DNA of 64,000 nt from Candidatus Poribacteria bacterium (GCA_965198235.1 OZ240248.1:1376001-1440000), one strand, 5' to 3'. Positions 1-11,259 are shown, counted from the stretch's first letter. Numbers and translations: made by a program. Notes: generated from the sequence alone by a model not told the origin.

Positions 1-78
1 GGGTTTTTGCTTGGGGTTTTTGCTTGGGGTTTTTGCTTGGGTGTTTCTGTGGATTTCTGCGGATTTCTGTGGATTTCT
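1..78. repeat. Family D repeat: tandem 13-14 nt units (GGGTTTTTGCTTG) followed by tandem 10-nt units (TGYGGATTTC)
   Basis: Visible tandem units; related copies at 4701-4725, 25167-25186 (rev), 29402-29424, 31627-31647, 39071-39133, 40755-40834 (rev). Confidence 0.9.
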
Positions 79-100
79 TCAACTCCGCATCAGATACCGT

Positions 101-145
101 GAAATCCCAAATCCGCGTTGTTTAACCGCAAGGAAAATTAAAAAA
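101..145 (+). repeat. Family A repeat (...ACCGCAAGGAAAATTAAAA) abutting the sulfatase ATG
   Basis: Same 3' motif at 8641-8665, 23885-23963, 25301-25342, 29430-29490, 29516-29576. Confidence 0.85.
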
Positions 146-1513
146 ATGCCACAAAGTGATACAAATCAACCGAATGTCATCGTCTTTTTCACCGACCAGC
201 AACGGTGGGACACCTCCGGCTTGCACGGCAATCCACTCGACTTAATGCCCAACTTCGACCGGATGGCACAGCGTGGAACACATGTCCACCGCTCTTTTAC
301 ATGTCAACCCGTCTGCGGGCCCGCCCGCTCCTGTCTACAAACGGGATTATACGCAACTCGCACTGGATGCTTCCGAAACGGTATCCCACTATCCCCCAAC
401 CTCAAGACCCTCGCGCACCACTTCGGTGAGGCAGGCTACGCCACCGGATACATCGGGAAATGGCACCTCTATAGCGGCGGTACCGGTCCGGGACCTGTGC
501 CAGCTGAGCATCGCGGCGGGTATGACGACTGGTTAGCGTCCAACACCCTTGAATTTACTTCCGATGCGTATCAAACAACACTCTACAATAACGACAATCA
601 ACCCGTTGACCTCCCCGGCTATCGTGTGGATGCGCTCACGGATGCAGTGATACGTTACGTTGATCGGCGTAAGAGCGAACCTTTTTATCTCTTTACGTCT
701 TACATTGAACCGCATCACCAGAATCATCTGGACGATTATCCGCCGCCGGATGGGTATCGCGAACGATACGCTGGGAAATGGATACCCCCGGACCTCGCCG
801 CGCTCGGTGGTTCGACACATCAACACTTGGGGGGTTACTACGGTATGGTGAAAAGGCTGGACGAAGCACTCGGCAGACTGCTGGATGCGCTCAAGAGCCT
901 CCACCTGCTTGATAACACTGTCATCCTCTTCACCTCTGACCACGGGTGTCATTTCAAAACCCGCAACGGTGAATACAAACGCTCATGCCACGAGAGTTCC
1001 ATCCGTGTCCCGACGGCGTTCCACGGACCCGGATTCATCGGGGGTGGACAGATCCAAGAACTTGTGAGCCTTGTGGACCTCCCGCCGACGCTCCTTGATG
1101 CCGCTGGTTTGGAAGTACCGGGTGAGATGCAGGGCAAATCCATTCTGCCACTCCTACGTGGAGAAACGGATGACTGGCAAGAGGAGGTTTTCGTTCAAAT
1201 CAGTGAGGCGCAAGTCGGACGTGCCGTCCGAACCCAACGCTGGAAATACGGCGTGGATGCCCCGCATAAAAATGGGGGTGCAGATGCCGGGTCCGACCGG
1301 TATGTCGAGCAGTATCTTTATGACCTCCAAGCCGATCCCTACGAGTTACGGAACCTTATTGGATTGCAATCCCACGAAGTTGTCACAACGGTGATGCAGG
1401 AGCGACTCATTCGTCGGATGCTTGAGGCAGGTGAAGAGGCACCCACAATCGAACCTGCACCCACACAAAGAAGTGGACAACGCCGTGTCTCCGAAACAGA
1501 AGCAAGAAGTTGA
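146..1513 (+). CDS. Formylglycine-dependent sulfatase
   Basis: PNVIVFFTDQQR, CGPARS (CxPxR), GKWHL, SDHG motifs; start set at ATG 146 because the upstream ORF extension is repeat DNA. Confidence 0.93.
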   Translation: MPQSDTNQPNVIVFFTDQQRWDTSGLHGNPLDLMPNFDRMAQRGTHVHRSFTCQPVCGPARSCLQTGLYATRTGCFRNGIPLSPNLKTLAHHFGEAGYATGYIGKWHLYSGGTGPGPVPAEHRGGYDDWLASNTLEFTSDAYQTTLYNNDNQPVDLPGYRVDALTDAVIRYVDRRKSEPFYLFTSYIEPHHQNHLDDYPPPDGYRERYAGKWIPPDLAALGGSTHQHLGGYYGMVKRLDEALGRLLDALKSLHLLDNTVILFTSDHGCHFKTRNGEYKRSCHESSIRVPTAFHGPGFIGGGQIQELVSLVDLPPTLLDAAGLEVPGEMQGKSILPLLRGETDDWQEEVFVQISEAQVGRAVRTQRWKYGVDAPHKNGGADAGSDRYVEQYLYDLQADPYELRNLIGLQSHEVVTTVMQERLIRRMLEAGEEAPTIEPAPTQRSGQRRVSETEARS

Positions 1514-1518
1514 AGAAA

Positions 1519-1748
1519 GTCTGAACTGTGATTCTTGTGATTTAGTGATTGATATGATTATGGGTTCTTGATTTCGGAGAGTTGGTTCTCGTTTACAAGC
1601 GGGTTTTGTTAAACGAAACCTCGTGTATTGGTTATAAGTTGTAAATGAGGAGATATTCAGTCTACCCAAGAACTCTTAACTTATAACTTCCTTCAAGAGA
1701 AGTTGCCAATCACAGAAATCATATAATCACAGAAATCACAGTTCAGAC
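1519..1748. repeat. About 230 bp foldback element
   Basis: Terminal inverted repeat GTCTGAACTGTGATT / AATCACAGTTCAGAC, plus inner IR GTTATAAGTT / AACTTATAAC. Confidence 0.85.
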
Positions 1749-1769
1749 GGAAGGGTTAACATGGTAGAT

Positions 1770-1908
1770 AAACCCAAGTTACTACTAACAAATTTTGAAC
1801 GTTCCAATAAGGTTCTTCAAGCACTCTTGCCACCCCATAGGGGTGCTATGTCTATAGAAAACGGTGTATGGCAGAAACCGCACCCCATAGGGGTGCTATG
1901 TCTATAGA
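1770..1908. mobile_element. Family E MITE/REP-like element with two CACCCCATAGGGGTGCTATGTCTATAG units
   Basis: Colinear homolog at 27031-27188; single unit near 17241-17265. Confidence 0.8.
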
Positions 1909-1935
1909 ATTTAAGAATCTTGTACAGTGATGATC

Positions 1936-1989
1936 GGAAACCTGCGCGAAACGAAGTGGAGCGCAGCCCAGGAGCCCATAGTTAAAAAA
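1936..1989 (+). repeat. Family B hairpin repeat abutting ATG
   Basis: GAAAC-CTGCGC-GAAACGAAGTGGA-GCGCAG-CCCAGGAGCCCATAGTTAAAAAA; about 10 related copies in the window. Confidence 0.9.
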
Positions 1990-3135
1990 ATGAAAATTAC
2001 AGATGTCAAAACCCTTGTCATGGGGACCAGTTGGCGCAACCTAACGTTCGTGAAAGTTGAAACCGACGAAGGCTTAACCGGTGTCAGTGAAGTGCGGATG
2101 AACAACCGAACTGACGCACTCGTTGCCTATATCGATGGCGCGAAACGACGGCATGTCATCGGAAGCGATCCGTTCAACACCGAGGACCTCTACCAACGTC
2201 TGTTCCGCGACGATTATGGTCGCGCCGGTGAAATCGTTGCAACCGGTATCAGCGTTATTGAAATTGCATGCTGGGATATTGTCGGTAAAGCACTGAACCA
2301 ACCCGTCTACCGCTTACTCGGCGGAGCCTGCCGCGATAAAATCAAAGCGTATGCCAACGGGTGGTATCGTGTTGAACGCGCACCAGAGGAGTTTCATGCC
2401 GCCGCCAAAAGAGTGCTGGCAAAAGGCTACCGAGCCCTCAAGTTCGACCCCTTCGGTGCAGGCTATTATGAACTCTCTTATGAAGAGAAGTTGAAATCCG
2501 TTGAACTCGTCGAAGCCGTACGGGATGCCGTCGGACCTGATGTCGAAATTCTTGTTGAGATGCACGGTCGGTTTAGCCCGTATATGGCAATCGAAATTTC
2601 TGCAGAATTGGAGAAATTCCAACCGAGTTGGGTTGAAGAACCTGTGCCGCCCGACAACATCGCTGCACTCGCAAAAGCCGCTGAGAAGATTAACCTCCCC
2701 GTTGCCACAGGGGAACGGCTCCACAACAAGTATGAATACCGTGAATTGATTAACTTACAAGCCGCAGACATCCTGCAGCCCGACATTACCCAGACAGGCG
2801 GATTCTTAGAAACCAAGAAGATCGCGGCGATGGGCGATATGTGCTATATGACGGTAGCGCCCCACAACGTCGGTGGACCTGTCTCTACAGCGTCGGCTCT
2901 ACACTTTGCCGCAGGTACCACGAATTTCAAGATTCAGGAGCATTTCAACGATTTCTCTGAAGCGTGGGTTAAGGAGGCTGCCACCGGGTGCCCCGAAGTC
3001 ATTGACGGCTATTTTAGTCTGCCCAATGGACCGGGACTCGGTATGGAGTTGAATGAAGATCTCATCGCTGAACATCCTTATCGCGAAGGTTCATTCAACC
3101 TCTGGGAAGACGACTGGCACAAACGCGAATATTAG
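1990..3135 (+). CDS. Mandelate racemase/muconate lactonizing family enzyme (galactonate dehydratase-like)
   Basis: MKITDVK start, WDIVGK, KFDPF, EMHGR, WVEEP, ATGE, QPD motifs. Confidence 0.9.
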   Translation: MKITDVKTLVMGTSWRNLTFVKVETDEGLTGVSEVRMNNRTDALVAYIDGAKRRHVIGSDPFNTEDLYQRLFRDDYGRAGEIVATGISVIEIACWDIVGKALNQPVYRLLGGACRDKIKAYANGWYRVERAPEEFHAAAKRVLAKGYRALKFDPFGAGYYELSYEEKLKSVELVEAVRDAVGPDVEILVEMHGRFSPYMAIEISAELEKFQPSWVEEPVPPDNIAALAKAAEKINLPVATGERLHNKYEYRELINLQAADILQPDITQTGGFLETKKIAAMGDMCYMTVAPHNVGGPVSTASALHFAAGTTNFKIQEHFNDFSEAWVKEAATGCPEVIDGYFSLPNGPGLGMELNEDLIAEHPYREGSFNLWEDDWHKREY

Positions 3136-3137
3136 GT

Positions 3138-4659
<1,522 letters not shown>

Positions 4660-4754
4660 GGCACCCCCGGCCCGGTAGGTGCGGTTTTCTGCTTGTGGGA
4701 GGGGTGTTTTTGCTTGGGTGTTTCTCCCGGCTTACCGAATTATTTATTGAAACG

Positions 4755-5771
4755 CTACAATCGCGCCTCTAAGAACGCAATCCCAGTTTCCAAATCAATC
4801 TCATGTTCACCCTGAAAGTGATCCAGCACTAATGGGTCGCGTTGCCCTGATGCTGTGTAGATATTCTCCAGTTGCCCGAACGCCGCCAAAGCGTCTGATT
4901 CGATAAAACACATATCGTCCGAACCGATCTGCACCATACACGCTCGCGGGGCAATGAGTCCGGCTACGTCAGCGATGTCCCCTGCTTTCCGAAGCCCGAA
5001 CATAAACTGCGAACCGCACGTATTCCCACGTCCCCTATCATTTAACGCATCCGTCAATGTACTGAGATAACAGACAATGACTGCCGCCTTCACCCGCTGG
5101 TCCAGGGCGGAAATATAGGTCGTCATCGTGCCACCGAATGAACATCCCATGCATCCTAAACGACGCGCATCAACTTCGGGGAGCGACTGGAGATAGTCCA
5201 AACACCGTTGTCCGTCCGAGATATTCAGCTGCATCAGTTGATAGCCGAAATACCCGTATGCGAGATAAGCAACATTGCATCCATCGCGACCGGGGCGGCG
5301 CACCCACGCATCTCTATCCTTTCGTTCACCGAAGCACCGCCAGTCGGGTGCTAATGTAACAAAACCACGCCTCGCCAATTCCACGGCGTACTGTTTCTGA
5401 TAGTCCTCCACAATCCCGACTGCCCCGTCTTTACCGACTCCGTGTCCGTGTGCACATAATACTGCAGGGGCTGGATTCTTCGCGCTTGCACTTTCCGGGA
5501 TTAAAACATACGCTGGAATTGAAGAAAATGGATCTGGGTTAAAAATTATCTTTTTCCGTGTATAGCCGTACTTTTTTATCTCCTCCAAGGTTTCAACTTC
5601 CAATGGCAATGCTTCCGGCACAGGGCCCAGGTCCTTGACGAGGTTGCGCCGGAATCTTCTTCGCCATTCTTGCCACTCCGTTTTTGTCGTCCCGTTGAAA
5701 TGGAGGGGTGGGGTTGCGTTCAGAAGTTGTTCAACGCCTTGCTCTGCTGTCAAAAAACGCCGCGCTACCAT
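4755..5771 (-). CDS. Alpha/beta hydrolase (dienelactone hydrolase / acetylxylan esterase-like)
   Basis: HGHG, GCSFGG nucleophile elbow, IAPR, C-terminal His. Confidence 0.85.
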   Translation of the reverse strand: MVARRFLTAEQGVEQLLNATPPLHFNGTTKTEWQEWRRRFRRNLVKDLGPVPEALPLEVETLEEIKKYGYTRKKIIFNPDPFSSIPAYVLIPESASAKNPAPAVLCAHGHGVGKDGAVGIVEDYQKQYAVELARRGFVTLAPDWRCFGERKDRDAWVRRPGRDGCNVAYLAYGYFGYQLMQLNISDGQRCLDYLQSLPEVDARRLGCMGCSFGGTMTTYISALDQRVKAAVIVCYLSTLTDALNDRGRGNTCGSQFMFGLRKAGDIADVAGLIAPRACMVQIGSDDMCFIESDALAAFGQLENIYTASGQRDPLVLDHFQGEHEIDLETGIAFLEARL

Positions 5772-5960
5772 AATCGTGTCTCCTCCTGCTAATGATGTAA
5801 TACCGTTTCTGATTGGAAATTTTTCAAGTAGAATTATTTTTTGCTTTACTATGTATACCGCGAATTCAAGAAAAAATCAACTGTTATTTCTTTCTCAGAA
5901 GTTATCAGTTTTCAGCAGAATAGCCATCAGCTGTCAGCCGTCGGTTCTCCGTCAGAAAGA

Positions 5961-5985
5961 GTCGGGAATCGGAATTCCCTCCTAC
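5961..5985. repeat. REP-like repeat GTCGGGAATCGGAATTCCCTCCTAC preceded by CAGCCRT heptamers
   Basis: Reverse-complement copies near 59007-59031 and 61467-61491. Confidence 0.75.
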
Positions 5986-6058
5986 AGCGAAGGACCTGCC
6001 AGTAGGAAATCGAAATTAAGGGAGAGCTGAATGCCTCTGACTCTTTTCTCAATTTCCC

Positions 6059-6087
6059 TTGACTTCTACAGAATTCCATGCTATAGT
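6059..6087 (+). promoter_or_regulatory. Sigma70 promoter, probably giving a leaderless mRNA
   Basis: TTGACT-17 nt-TATAGT with TGn extension; ATG 6 nt downstream and no SD sequence. Confidence 0.7.
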
Positions 6088-6093
6088 AATTTC

Positions 6094-8295
6094 ATGGACG
6101 ACACATTGCTCAGCGTACAAAACCTCAAAACCTATTTTCGCACCCCGGAAGGACTTGCCCGTGCCGTTGACGGCATCTCTTTTGACATCAAACCGAACGA
6201 AATTTTTGCGCTCGTCGGGGAGTCCGGTTGTGGTAAAAGCGTCACCGCGCTCTCTATAATTCAACTCGTCGCGCAACCCGCCGGGTTCATCGCCGACGGT
6301 GCTATCTATTACAAAGGGCAAGACATCACACGCTTGTCTGAAGTTGAGAAACGGAGAGTCCAAGGCAACGACATTGCCATGATATTCCAAGAACCGATGA
6401 CCAGTCTCAACCCTGTTTTCACCATCGGCAACCAGATCTCAGAGGCAATCCAGGAACATCAAAACCTTCGGGGTACCGCCGCAAGGAATGCAGCAATTGA
6501 GATGCTCGACCGCGTCGGTATTCCGGAACCTGCTGCCCGTTACGACGAATATCCATATCAAATGTCCGGGGGTATGAAACAGCGCGTCATGATTGCTATG
6601 GCACTCTCCTGTCGTCCAGGGCTCCTCATCGCCGATGAACCCACAACCGCGCTTGATGTCACTATACAGGCACAGATCCTCGAACTTATCCAACGCCTCC
6701 AGCAAGAATTGCAGATGGCAGTCCTCCTGATTACGCATGATTTGGGGGTCGTCGCCAACATCGCCGACCAAGTTGCTGTTATGTATGCCGGAAAGATTGC
6801 TGAGATGGGAACATGGAAACAACTCTACGAAACGCCACAGCACCCTTACACGGTAAAACTCCTCGAATCGACACCCGCGCGGGATAAACGCGGAACGGAG
6901 TTGCACACAATTACCGGTAGAGTCCCGAAAGCGACCGAGTATAATGACGGTTGTCGATTCGCCGATCGGTGTCCTAAAGTCATGGACGGATGCGATAACA
7001 TTGTCCCTACGTTACATGCCGTTAACGGTAGCGAACACAAGGTCGCTTGTCATCTCTACAACCCCGAACCGCCATTTTCGGTGCAGCTTGCAAACCGAAA
7101 ACTTGCTATACAAAAGTCGGTGCAGCTTGCAAACCGAAAACTTGCTATACAAAAGTCGGTGCAGCTTGCAAACCGAAAACTTGCTATACAAAAGTCGGTG
7201 CAGCTTGCAAACCGAAAACTTGCTATACAAAAGCGTGCTACAGGAGTTCCGGCTACAAAACTTGAGCTTGAAACAGAGATTAACGAAAAAAATGAAGAAC
7301 CTTCGACACGGTTTCCAACGGCATCGCATCCTCAACTGCAGGTGAAGGACCTGTGTGTTCACTACCCTATTCAGAAGGGTATCTTCAAACGGACGGTCGG
7401 TTATGTTTACGCTGTTGATGATGTTACGCTTGATATCCCACGCGGCAAAACGCTCGCACTCGTCGGAGAATCTGGATCCGGCAAGACCTCCTTTGGCAAA
7501 GCTATTCTCCAATTAAGCGTGCCTGTCGAAGGCGATATTGTTTATGATGGCGTTAACATCGCTACGACCACCCGTCAACGGATGCATCCCTATCGGAAAA
7601 GAATGCAAATTATCTTCCAAGATCCCTACGCCTCCCTTAACCCCCGAATGACTGTGGGAGCTATTATTCAGGAGGGGATGCAGGCACACGGTATGGGTGC
7701 ATCCAATGAGGAACGGCAGGCGCGGGTCGCAGAATTGATGCGTCGTGTCGGTTTATCTCCTGATATGGTAACACGCTATCCACATGAATTTTCCGGTGGT
7801 CAAAGACAGCGCATCGGCATCGCACGGTGCCTCGCCGTCGATCCAGAGTTCATCGTCTGTGACGAGGCTACCAGCGCGTTAGATGTGTCCGTGCAAGCGC
7901 AAATACTCAATCTGTTGAAATCGCTACAGGTTGATTTTAATCTCACCTACCTCTTCATCACACATAACCTTTCCGTTGTCGAGTACTTCGCCGATGAAGT
8001 GGCGGTAATGTACCTCGGTAGAATCGTTGAGCGTGGGACAACAGAGGAGATTTTCGATTCACCCAAGCATCCTTATACCCGGGCACTCCTCTCCGCGGTA
8101 CCGAAGATGGATGAACAGACCGGCGTTGAAAAAATTCGATTGGAGGGCGATGTACCATCCCCTATCAATCGTCCATCCGGATGCCACTTTCATCCACGCT
8201 GTCCGGAAGTAATGCCGGTATGTAAAGACGAATATCCGGGTACAACCAATTTTACACAGACGCATTCATGCCGTTGCTATCTGTATCAGGCATAA
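6094..8295 (+). CDS. Fused OppD/OppF-type dipeptide/oligopeptide ABC ATPase
   Basis: Two NBDs (GESGCGKS, GESGSGKT; MSGGMKQR, FSGGQRQR) each with the Cys-rich oligo_HPY tail. Confidence 0.95.
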   Translation: MDDTLLSVQNLKTYFRTPEGLARAVDGISFDIKPNEIFALVGESGCGKSVTALSIIQLVAQPAGFIADGAIYYKGQDITRLSEVEKRRVQGNDIAMIFQEPMTSLNPVFTIGNQISEAIQEHQNLRGTAARNAAIEMLDRVGIPEPAARYDEYPYQMSGGMKQRVMIAMALSCRPGLLIADEPTTALDVTIQAQILELIQRLQQELQMAVLLITHDLGVVANIADQVAVMYAGKIAEMGTWKQLYETPQHPYTVKLLESTPARDKRGTELHTITGRVPKATEYNDGCRFADRCPKVMDGCDNIVPTLHAVNGSEHKVACHLYNPEPPFSVQLANRKLAIQKSVQLANRKLAIQKSVQLANRKLAIQKSVQLANRKLAIQKRATGVPATKLELETEINEKNEEPSTRFPTASHPQLQVKDLCVHYPIQKGIFKRTVGYVYAVDDVTLDIPRGKTLALVGESGSGKTSFGKAILQLSVPVEGDIVYDGVNIATTTRQRMHPYRKRMQIIFQDPYASLNPRMTVGAIIQEGMQAHGMGASNEERQARVAELMRRVGLSPDMVTRYPHEFSGGQRQRIGIARCLAVDPEFIVCDEATSALDVSVQAQILNLLKSLQVDFNLTYLFITHNLSVVEYFADEVAVMYLGRIVERGTTEEIFDSPKHPYTRALLSAVPKMDEQTGVEKIRLEGDVPSPINRPSGCHFHPRCPEVMPVCKDEYPGTTNFTQTHSCRCYLYQA
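7078..7233 (+). repeat. 4 x 39 bp perfect tandem repeat inside the CDS (SVQLANRKLAIQK x4)
   Basis: Unit TCGGTGCAGCTTGCAAACCGAAAACTTGCTATACAAAAG; single intergenic homolog at about 48520-48551. Confidence 0.97.
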
Positions 8296-8315
8296 TCGTA
8301 AGTATATTAGTTTTC

Positions 8316-8565
8316 CGTAGGTTGGGTTGAACGGAGCGTCTCAAATGTTATCGCCGCAAAGATGACCGGCGTTGTTGCATATACCTTTGATTGCGAAAAT
8401 ACCGAGTGAAACCCAACGCATTCCATGTAAGTGGTTGTGGGGATGTGTGGGTATAAATCGAGTTGGGTTTCACTTCTTTTTTGAGGGGATACGATGGAAT
8501 AGCGCGTTCAAAGACATTTGGACGTTCAAAGTCGTATTTCACAGTTGCGTTCAACCCAACCTACG
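8316..8565. repeat. 250 bp REPIN-like foldback element
   Basis: 18 bp perfect terminal IR CGTAGGTTGGGTTGAACG; inner 13 bp IR AGTGAAACCCAAC. Confidence 0.9.
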
Positions 8566-8666
8566 AGACTGAACTAATAGATTGTGCTACAAAGATGACA
8601 ACTTGCGTTAGATAACCGAACGAAGCACTACCATCGCTTCAACGAACCGCAAGGTAAATCAAAAAT

Positions 8667-10550
8667 ATGCCGAAGATTAAAATACTCTCCGCAGATGTTG
8701 CCAATAAAATCGCCGCGGGCGAAGTTGTCGAACGTCCTGCATCAGTCGTCAAGGAACTCGTTGAAAACGCTATAGATGCAGGAGGCACCTCTATCCGCGT
8801 CGAAATTCGGGCAGGCGGGAAACGCCTCATCCGCGTGTCTGATAACGGTGCCGGTATGGAACGCGAGGACGCACTCCTCGCCTTGGAACGCCACGCGACG
8901 AGCAAAGTGAACGGTATTGAGGACCTTGAGTGTATTCAAACCTTTGGGTTCCGCGGCGAAGCTTTAGCAAGTATCGCCTCCGTTTCACAATGTGAGCTCC
9001 TCACCCGCACCGCTGACGCCCTTGAGGGAACAAAGGTGGACGTTGAGGGCGGCGTTTTCCGTTCTGTGAAAGAAAGCGGATGTTCCCCCGGCACCCACAT
9101 GTCGATTAACAACCTCTTTTACAATGTCCCCGCACGTCTGAAATTCCTCAAAACCGATACGACCGAAATGAACCATATCACGAATCAGGTGACATGGGCT
9201 GCACTCGCGCATCCGAAAATCCATTTTTCGCTGGCGCACAACGGCAGAGCGGTACTTGATGTCCGTTCCTGTGATTCATATCTCGAACGAGCACGCCTCC
9301 TCTACGGCAGAGAGTTCGCCGAAAACCTCATCGAATTTACAGAGGAGCTGCCTGACCTGAAGATGTACGGTTTGCTCGGTAAACCCGAATTTACGAAGCC
9401 GAATCGAGAATATCAACTCTTTTTCCTCAACCAGCGACCCATACGCAGCCGTATCATCGGCGCAGCATTGACAGAAGCACTCGACGCAATGGTTGCCAAA
9501 GACAGGCAACCTGTTGCGCTACTTTTCCTAACACTGGAACCCGAAACGGTCGATGTTAATGTGCATCCCGCCAAATTCGAGGTGCGCTTTCGCAACGAGC
9601 GGACGATTTATAGTGGGGTCGTCCGGATGCTTCGGGACGCTGTCCATAGAGCAAAATATATCCCCAAAATTGAGACCCCCATTGAACCGACGCAATCCAA
9701 GGGAGAGACTGAAGGTTCCCGTGATACCCCGCTATCACAACGGGTTTCCACACCGGGGTCCCCACCCGTTGCTGGGAGGGGGCAACGGACAACGCCTATT
9801 GCACAAGTGCATCGCAGGCAAACGTCTCCTGTCACGCCACAAGAGACAGAGAGCAGCGATCAGGAAACTATCAACACTTCGGAAGCGCAAACGCCGTCTA
9901 TCCCTACTGAAATCGTTGTACAGCCACCACAGCAGCGGATTCCTGATGATGCAAATCTCAGTCTGCTCGACTTTGAGAACGTCCAGCTCAAGACGAACCT
10001 CTTTAAAACCTACATTGTCGTCGAGTCGGGAGATAAAATCTTCTTCATCGACCAGCACGTCGCTGCTGAACGCGTCCTTTATGAACGTTTCGTCAACCAG
10101 GTGGAAACCGATGGAATTCCTGTGCAGGGGTTGCTACTGCCGGTAACTTTAGAAGTTACACCACAGCAGCTTGGAGTCCTCAAAATTCACGGCGATATCT
10201 TCAAGAAACTCGGCTTCGATCTGGACGAATTCGGTGGGAATACCATCCTAATTCGTGCGATTCCGTCGCCTTTACCAACCCGCGTCGCCGCGCAGACCGT
10301 CACCGATCTGCTTGACAAACTTCCCGAAGCACCACATACCGACGTACAAATCCCGGAGGCACTCGACAACGCCCTGATAACGCTCGCCTGCAAATCGGCT
10401 GTCAAAGCGGGGGACACATTGGATACGAAAGAGATGATCAACCTCATTAAGGAACTCTCCGAGGCGAAACTCCCGTTCAATTGTCCACACTCACGTCCTA
10501 TCATCGTCGAGATGGGGCGCGATGAATTGGAACGTCGATTCCACCGGTAA
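8667..10550 (+). CDS. mutL: DNA mismatch repair endonuclease MutL
   Basis: IAAGEVVERPASVVKELVENAIDA, GFRGEAL, DVNVHPAK, DQHVAAER, ACK, CPHSRP. Confidence 0.98.
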   Translation: MPKIKILSADVANKIAAGEVVERPASVVKELVENAIDAGGTSIRVEIRAGGKRLIRVSDNGAGMEREDALLALERHATSKVNGIEDLECIQTFGFRGEALASIASVSQCELLTRTADALEGTKVDVEGGVFRSVKESGCSPGTHMSINNLFYNVPARLKFLKTDTTEMNHITNQVTWAALAHPKIHFSLAHNGRAVLDVRSCDSYLERARLLYGREFAENLIEFTEELPDLKMYGLLGKPEFTKPNREYQLFFLNQRPIRSRIIGAALTEALDAMVAKDRQPVALLFLTLEPETVDVNVHPAKFEVRFRNERTIYSGVVRMLRDAVHRAKYIPKIETPIEPTQSKGETEGSRDTPLSQRVSTPGSPPVAGRGQRTTPIAQVHRRQTSPVTPQETESSDQETINTSEAQTPSIPTEIVVQPPQQRIPDDANLSLLDFENVQLKTNLFKTYIVVESGDKIFFIDQHVAAERVLYERFVNQVETDGIPVQGLLLPVTLEVTPQQLGVLKIHGDIFKKLGFDLDEFGGNTILIRAIPSPLPTRVAAQTVTDLLDKLPEAPHTDVQIPEALDNALITLACKSAVKAGDTLDTKEMINLIKELSEAKLPFNCPHSRPIIVEMGRDELERRFHR

Positions 10551-10639
10551 ATTATGGTAACCCAAGTTACTATGGTGAATCCTAAAAACAAATAGACACT
10601 TTCCCCTCCTGGTAGACAAGGTTTCCTAACCTCGCCAGT

Positions 10640-11255
10640 GGTAGTGCTAAAGCGTTTCCACCCGCTTCACCCGCAGATGGAAACTATTTAGTCCTCGATG
10701 GGGACGACGACCACGCCGTTTTAGATTTTGGAACTTTCGGTAGACCTTTACCCAACGGTACGGAAGAGTTCACCGTCGAAGCATGGATATATCCCACCAC
10801 ACCGCCCGACAACAAGGACACGTTATTAACGATACTCCATCAACAGGTGCGTATAATCATCGTGAACGATGAATTTCAACCGCTACTAAATAATCTGGTT
10901 AATGCGCTAAATATCGAGCACCCGAAGGGGGACCTAATCTTGCTAATGAGTGCCTATCTTGACGGAGAGCCCGGTCGGAGATTACCTTTCCCGATCCCGC
11001 TTGAGCTGAACCAGTGGCACCACATCGCTTATCAGTCAAATGGGCCTCACACAACAATGATCGTCAATGATTTCGTAGCGATATGGCCACACGGCTTTCC
11101 TCTCGGACACAGGGCTTGGCTTCCACTGGACTTCGTGCTTGGAGGGTTTGGAAAAATAATTGAGGTGCCTGTTGGTCCGAAAGAGATATGGTTTTGGGAT
11201 TCCTTTACTGGATATATTGATGAGGTTCGCATCTCAACGGAGGCTCGTTACGATG
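10640..11255 (+). pseudogene. LamG/concanavalin-like domain protein fragment
   Basis: Open frame NYLVLDGDDD...FTVEAWIYP...WHHIAY...FTGYIDEVRIS; in-frame TAG at 10613, no signal peptide or native C-terminus. Confidence 0.7.
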
Positions 11256-11259
11256 TCGA

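Noticed and set aside
11-145. Hydrophobic N-terminal extension or signal peptide on the sulfatase (similarly 40707-40856, 18599-18856, 1927-1989)
   Set aside because: Read-through of repeat DNA; family homology starts at the downstream ATG
1936-1989. Integron attC sites as an explanation for families A and B
   Set aside because: No RYYYAAC/GTTRRRY core pair, no integrase, and the flanking genes include core housekeeping genes
7078-7233. Possible CRISPR array
   Set aside because: Units are contiguous with no spacers, lie inside a CDS, and no cas genes are present
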